Positions 57,343-64,000 of a stretch of 64,000 bases of DNA are shown piece after piece; position 1 is the stretch's first letter; each line of letters starts with the position of its first letter. Made by a program: the position numbers and the translations under genes. The notes beneath the pieces are model-generated. The model searched no databases. It had not been told where the DNA came from and was given only the letters and a program-made list of their open reading frames with translations. The DNA is from Oculina patagonica (lineage: Eukaryota), in the NCBI RefSeq assembly GCF_052425735.1, contig NC_135763.1, positions 14,446,001 to 14,510,000 of the forward strand. Direction: 5' to 3'.

Positions 57343-60300
57343 CGCGTAGAAGTCGTTACTCAAGCGTACAAGTTGTGTGTGAATGAATAAATTTCACAGA
57401 GTTCAACATATTTATACAGTCGGGCGCCTCGCCTTTGTTTTCATGTGCCCACGTAAATCGGCATAAGTGCTAAATCCGTCCATGTCTTAACGCATTCTGA
57501 TTGGCTAACGGCCGACCCGTTCGAAGTCCGAGGTCACCGCGAACGTGAGAGCGAGATCACGTAAATACGACAGGAAGGGATCAAAGTCGACACACGTTAA
57601 TCAAATTAAATGAAAGGTAGAAGCGAAACCACAAATAATGAAAAATAATGAAAGGCAAACAACACGTATCGATGTTGAATAGGACATTCTTTTTTAGTAA
57701 TGAAGGCTAAATTTATTCAAAGCACAAGTAGAAAAATTGACAATAATTAACAATAGAATAGGAAGTCACGGTCACTCGCCGACAAACTTTGCACTCAACT
57801 GAATAAATCAATTTTCCGAGGTCTTGTGTTGAGTAGGGTCTAAGTACACTTTATTAAAAAACAGGTTTTATCTGCTAAGTCTCTTTCAATGTGTAAACAG
57901 TGAAACGTCTCCCTTTTTCGAGTACATACTGAGTACTGGTGTTTGCTTACATTAAGAAAAAATCCTTTCCTTCCTACACGCAAGTGAGACAGGCAGGAGT
58001 GACCTTGACAATGACTCGAGATGGATCAGTTTTTTTTTTTTTTTTTTTTTCAACCTGTTGCGACCATAAAAGTAGGGTACCAAGATTCAAAAGCGACTCT
58101 AAACTAGAAAAAAAATGTCATGCTAAATGGAATAAGTATATATATATGACGGAAAAATAGAACTGTCGCCATAACTCGTGGCTTTTTTGTGGTCTCATGA
58201 TGGCTTCCCTGCAATTCCGGCTCACGATCCCGGTAATTCCGTTAGTTAATTCGCATATCAGCATTTTATGACGCCACAAATTGCTAATATGCGGTTTAAC
58301 TAACTGATGGGGTATAGGAAATGATTCAGAAAAGAAAAATGTCCCATAAAAGGCGAGCTCGCGCCAGTTCAGTGAAGCCCAAAGTCCGGCAGCTGACAAT
58401 TTGTTTTTAAAAAAATAAACATCACCTTCATTACCCTTGAGCTTTGCTCAGACTTAAACACTTAACCTTCTCTCGCTGATTTATCTAGACAAATGTCCGT
58501 GACAAACGTAGGAAAACGGACATTCAGATACCAGCACTCGGACGCTTTTTCAATTGTCGCAACCCAAACTATGAACTGCAAGGTACTGACAAGGAAACCC
58601 GATAAAGACAGCAACACCGCAAGCGCGACCAACAAAGCCCCTATTTACAAACTAGTTTGAGAGGGTAACACTTGACCGTAACGAACCGAGAAATTGGGCT
58701 CTCGCAGCTGGTTAGGAAAAGTCGTATAAGGGAAATTGAGGCGGGAAGAACCGAGCTCTAAGGTTGCTTTCTTTTTGTGGTCATTTCCAACGCTACAGAA
58801 GAACGGTACTTGCTATTTTCATTCCTTATCCAACACAGAAGTACTTCTGTCCAACAGTAATGCACATTGCTTGTTTTTCTTGTTGGTTTTGCTGCATCGG
58901 ATAGTCTCGATGAGGGTTTTAACGTTTCAGCGTCAATGGGCGTAAATGTATAACCGTCAACTGACAAATAAGGAAAACTTGCACTTGCACTACTGATGTA
59001 GATGGGCTAGTCGCCCGGCCGGGTTCAATGGACGAAAACAAAAAACCTAACCGACATGCAAGTAATAGTATCTTGTTTTTATTACTATCAGCAGTCCAAC
59101 GAGTATCTTAATAGGGTAAGTTATATGTAAGGTCGTCAAGGGTTAAAGGGATAAAATTTAACCATTATCCTCAAAAAATGCCAATTTGGGACCGCTAGCA
59201 TAATTATACCTCTCTTGACGTCCTTACAAATTCCCATATATTTTTTTCGATTAGACGTACATTTGCTTCGTGTAGCATTTTTACTATGTCTACTACTTTT
59301 ATGTCATAAAAGCCTGTGAAAAGAAGTACTTTTCAGATCTTGGGGTACCAGTATTTTCTCTCAGTTGTAATACAACCTCTAAGGAAAAAGCACTAACAAC
59401 AAGGAAGTTTTCAATGTTTGTGGCAACATGTTTATCTTTTCCGATTACGTTTATAGTCATGACAGTGTTTCTGATAACCTTTGATCATTCATTCCAGTTA
59501 GTTATTCATTTCGTGTGTGACATGTTTGACAATTTTCTCTTGGCTAAACCCATTGTCACCAACGTATATATTGCCCGGGATCAACTGCCCTCTCGATATT
59601 AAATCTCAAACTTTGTCTCGTGGCCAGGACGGAATGAAAACGTTTTAAAGGGTGACGAGTCAATTTCCAAAACATATGTTGTGTTCGTCTAAACTTCTAC
59701 TACTTCCTAAAGTTTCTTTACGAACGTCACTGATCAGTCGATAAATACCATATCGAGCCCAGCATCAACCTATCAAAAGTATGATGTCACGAGGAAGTTC
59801 GAAATTGAATAAAGTATTTTCCTTGGCAACTTTATCAGAGAAAGAAGCGTTGAGAAATATTTTCTTTTACCGCTTAGGTGTTTTTAAAGTGACGATAACA
59901 TCGCAACTAGGAAAATTTGTCTGGCCAAAATATCGTCCCGTTTGCGTATGTTCATTTTCAATAGGGTGTACTTTTAGGATGGGTTACGCCGTTCTAGTTC
60001 AGGGTCAGTTTGGTTAACGGTGTTTTTCCTTGTATGAGAATTGTCTGGTTGTCTGTGCAGCTGCCTTTTGACGAATTTGGAAAAAGAGAAATGGACTGAG
60101 CAAAGTGAAAATTCAGAAAATTACTTGTTATAAAAAGACTTAATTTAGAAAAACAGCAAAGAAAATTCAGGTACTGATCTGGAGGAACCGTATCATCTAA
60201 ATATGGCCAGTGCAAAGAATAGAAATCTTATACTGAATTAGTGTGTATTATACACAAACAAACGACAGACAACCGAAGATTTGGGGAGCAGTAAAGTCGT

Positions 60301-62589
60301 AAAGTCTATGATTATTATTATATCTGTCTTACGGCGTTCAGTAAAATCACAGCTACGAAGTTTTCCTTTGGACAAATTCGCGCCAAGGCAACAAGAGGAA
60401 GACCGTATCGGTGTTGGCTGCTGTTTCACGCCATGTAACGCTTAGAAAGATATTTTACAAGCCTGTGAAATTCAACACAGGGTAAACCCTTAAAAAAAGC
60501 GAATAAAAGACAGTGGCTGACGTCAAGTCGCCGCGGGTCAAGCTGACGAAGTTCGAAACATGATACCTATCCAGTCCTCTGTTTACGTCTGGAACAACAC
60601 CCAGGAATGTTTAAACAATTCATTTAGTAAGGAAGTACTCTCAAGGTTTAGAAAAGAGACTGATAAGCATGTACTATGGTATTTTCGCCCGTGTTTTGTG
60701 ACGTAAGACTGAATACTTCTCATTTAATGATTTCTTATCGATCGTATCACATCGTGGGTCCCCATATTTTGATCACAACTCCAACCCAACTTGCAACTTG
60801 ACATCGAAACACAAAAATCTTAACTTTTCCTGAGTACCGCCTTAGTGACGTCTGAAGCAAAGCCGGTTGACATTAAAAATATGAGCTGAAGTAACCGACT
60901 CAGACTTTTAAAACAGTAAAGTGCACTTAGGAACTACAATATTTAAGCAACAGCCATAAAGCTGAAGAGTTTTCATATCAAGTACTACCTAGATTTGAAC
61001 TTTAACTCTCATCATTGACAAAAAACACTTTTCATTCATCACCAGATTCAATGTTGACACATGAGGAGGGCTCTTCTCATCGCCTCAGAACAACGCAGAC
61101 TGAAGTCTTGACCCTAAAATACTCCAGAGTGACCAAACACCAATTTCTCTTTACAAGATAGATACATTGACAAGTAAACATACGAACATGAACAACTGAC
61201 TACAATATACTCTTTGTGCACCACCAAAAAAGCCTCGGAATTTATAACTTCACAAGAAGTTTATTTTAATCAATTATGGCAACCAATACTTCGAGACAAT
61301 GGGCTGAAAGGTTGAAAAGGGTGAATATGTCTCATTCCTGCATTATTGTTGATGAAGGCATTTCATTCATCACTAGTATCTTACTAACAAGGTATTGCAC
61401 GGGTGAATATATAGGATCTAGATCACACATGTTCTTCCAACCAGCTTATAATAACATGGAGTTCAAAAATCGAATGTTTCAAACCCGGGGTTTCAAATTA
61501 GGTTAAGTGGAATGCAAAGCATTTCACCGGTAACACGTTTCAACGCTGTGGAATCTCTGCGCAAGACAAAAAAAAATTCCCAAAGTAGATATAGCCTGGG
61601 GTGGTGGGCTGATAAATTCCGTATCAATACTCCGTGATCCTATCAATATCGCGTGATATTAATGCTATCCATGTTGGAGAACTTAGAGAAATCGGACATT
61701 TCAGAAACAAATTGGTTGCGAAAAAAGAATAAATTGAAACAGTAGTTTCACTTCGAAACCTCGATACTCTTCTTGATCAATAAAAGTCTTAAAAGATCAT
61801 CAAAACAAGGAAACTTTGTATCTTAAACTATCGCGTGATCTGTGTTTTGTTTATAGTTATTGTGGTCAATAAGGTGATCCCGCGCCGCCCTCGTAGCTTT
61901 CCCGAAACAAAAATCAAACGGAAAAACAAACCACTGTGTACGTTTTAATTGCTTATTCTTTGAAAGATCTGTGTAATTAACTGCAGATCGAAACCTGAAG
62001 GTGTTTTCGTCGGAAAACGTGCGTGAGAGAATTAAATCGTTCTTGAGTCGATCGATCGATCACTAATGAAGTTGAGAGTACTTGTCAACACCTTCCGGAA
62101 ACACTCATTGTGGTAAAAGTGATATGATACTATCGAGAAAAATCGCTCTAAAAGTTTTAGATATCCTATTTGTATTGGTCTTGATTTCAAAGAGAACTCT
62201 AGAAATCGTGCAAGTAAGAAGCAGTTCGATTTTCGAGGAAACTGCAGAAGTTGCTCGTCAAACAGATTGGGTTATGTCACGTCACCGAGAATTCTGGAAA
62301 GGAAACAAACAACAGACACGGCTGACTTTGAAGCCCTGTGTTTTGTTTCGTTATTTGGCTGGAAAGGAATAGAAAAATTGAAGAAACGATGAAATTTTAT
62401 ATTAAAAATTGTTTCAGACCATTCTTGAACATTTTATTCGTTACTTAAATTTTATTCTTATTTTTTTGTCATGGTAACCATGGGAAGTTGTGAGAGGGAC
62501 GATGCTCCCATAAGCTGGTGATCAGAAACAAAAATTCAATCAGTGTATTATTATATTTCTAGTAATAGCGATAGGACAATCTCTTTATT

Positions 62590-64000
62590 TCAAGTGCTCG
62601 AACGACACTGCGCTACAAAGCTAGCTAGGTCTTGCGTTGTGAGCGCTGTTCTGTCTTTACTCTGATCGAGTTCTTTATTTGCATCTGAATTATCCGCAGA
62701 CTTCGCTGTACTACCGTCAGATAACGCGTCTTTCCCGGGGAGGGAGGTGCTAGCATTTGAAGTTGTCCCACTCCAGGCCGCGTGAGCACTGGAAACAGGA
62801 CCTGTCATCATAGAGGGTGGGCCCTGATAAGATTGCCATGGAGGTATGTTCGGTTGCCATAGTGATGGAGGTGGTGGAAGGTTGAACGGAAAATTTGTTT
62901 GCCATGGCAATTGGTGAGGTGGCGGTGGTGGCATGTTCGGTGGTGGACGCCACTGATATCCAGTCCACGGCTGCTGAACAAATTCCTGTGGGGGAGGTGG
63001 AAGGTGTGGAAACCCGGGGGGAAGTGGAACTGCTGGAGAGTGTAGCGGTTGTTGTGATTGGCGTCGTTCTTGTGGCTTGTGTTCATTTTGTAATTCCTGA
63101 TGAGTTATATCTCGACTTTCACTTTGTAGGTCTTGCCCTTTATTACTTATTTCGTTCTTTTTATTAAACAGTTTTGGTGATTCCTTCCAATTGTTTTTGG
63201 TGTTATTTGTTGTATTTTTCTCCTCGTAGTAGAAAGACGGAGGCGCAAACTGCTGATCTCTTTCTGATCGTGGATCAGCGCGCGATGGCCGAGGTTTGTC
63301 AGGTTGTTCTGTTGAAAGAAACAGTTATATGATGAATCCGGAGAGATTCTAAAATGTGCGAGAGTGACAATAATTTAATAATGGTATTTTGACTTGTATT
63401 GCACAATTATCAATATATAACTTTCATTTGCGCTGGTTTTGCTTAAAAAAATGGGAGGGGGATCAGAGTACAGATGGGCCTTTCTTTACTCAAGAAGGGG
63501 AACCGAAATAATGTTTGCCCTCCCCCTCTTTGTCGGAAAATGTAAGACCCCGCCCGCCTACTGGCCTACTTCCCTAAATGAGTCACTGGACGTTCTCCGC
63601 ACACTGAAGTACACTGAAGGGGAGGCAAGGTAACATAACTGGATACAAATCAGATGAATTAACAAAGGAATGGTAAGTAAAATTGAAATTGTGACAGTTG
63701 ACTTACTTATTTTGTCTTGCGCCCATTCAGGTAATTCAGTTTTGCTCACCGGCCTTCGAGACGAGACCTCCTCCTCGTCTCTACCAAGCAACTTTTTCTC
63801 AATACCTTGCTCTGTTGTTGTTTCTCCAACATCATCTAGCACCTTCTGTTCTTTCTCTTCAGATTGCACACTACCTTCAATAGATTCCTCGCCTAGCTCG
63901 CCTGATGCTTTAAGCTTTTTAAGTTTCCTTTCTCGCACTTTGGCAAGTCGAGCGTCCAAAGCAGCTTTCCTTTTGTCTTTTAATTTCTGAGTCCGAACTC
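62590..64000 (-). CDS. CCDC174: Coiled-coil domain-containing protein 174 homologue, 3' exons (63707-64000 partial, 62590-63308)
   Basis: KDKRKAALDARLAKVRERK, EWAQDK and RSERDQQFAPPSFY match motifs I recall from CCDC174. The A|gtaagt ... cag|AA junction is in frame through to the stop at 62590. Confidence 0.8.

Overview
Eukaryotic (animal) genomic DNA, probably a cnidarian such as a stony coral (inferred from the repeat families and GPCR expansion, not proven). Positions 1-13702 are the right-hand part of an apparently intact Polinton/Maverick (adintovirus-like) element. It encodes a major capsid protein (cut by the window edge and absent from the ORF track), two small basic core/membrane proteins, a penton, a chromodomain integrase, three unknown ORFs, a GRF zinc-finger protein, a DEDD-family nuclease and a protein-primed DNA polymerase B, and ends in ...ACTACT. 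The ORF track does not show several features of this element: spliced leader exons for the polymerase behind a cluster of STAT-like and NF-kB-like sites, four consecutive ATGA stop/start overlaps in the structural genes, a tRNA-Gln-like Pol III gene near the end, an arenavirus-NP/Maelstrom-like motif layout in the nuclease, and a ~210-bp repeat array. The remaining ~50 kb is host DNA. It holds a birth-and-death cluster of class A GPCRs (six single-exon copies, four disrupted, plus two two-exon paralogues of a second family), many MITEs, SINE, LINE, Penelope and Crypton remnants, an assembly gap, a two-exon gene with complexin-like helices, and the 3' part of CCDC174. All family assignments come from motif recognition by eye; no searches were run.
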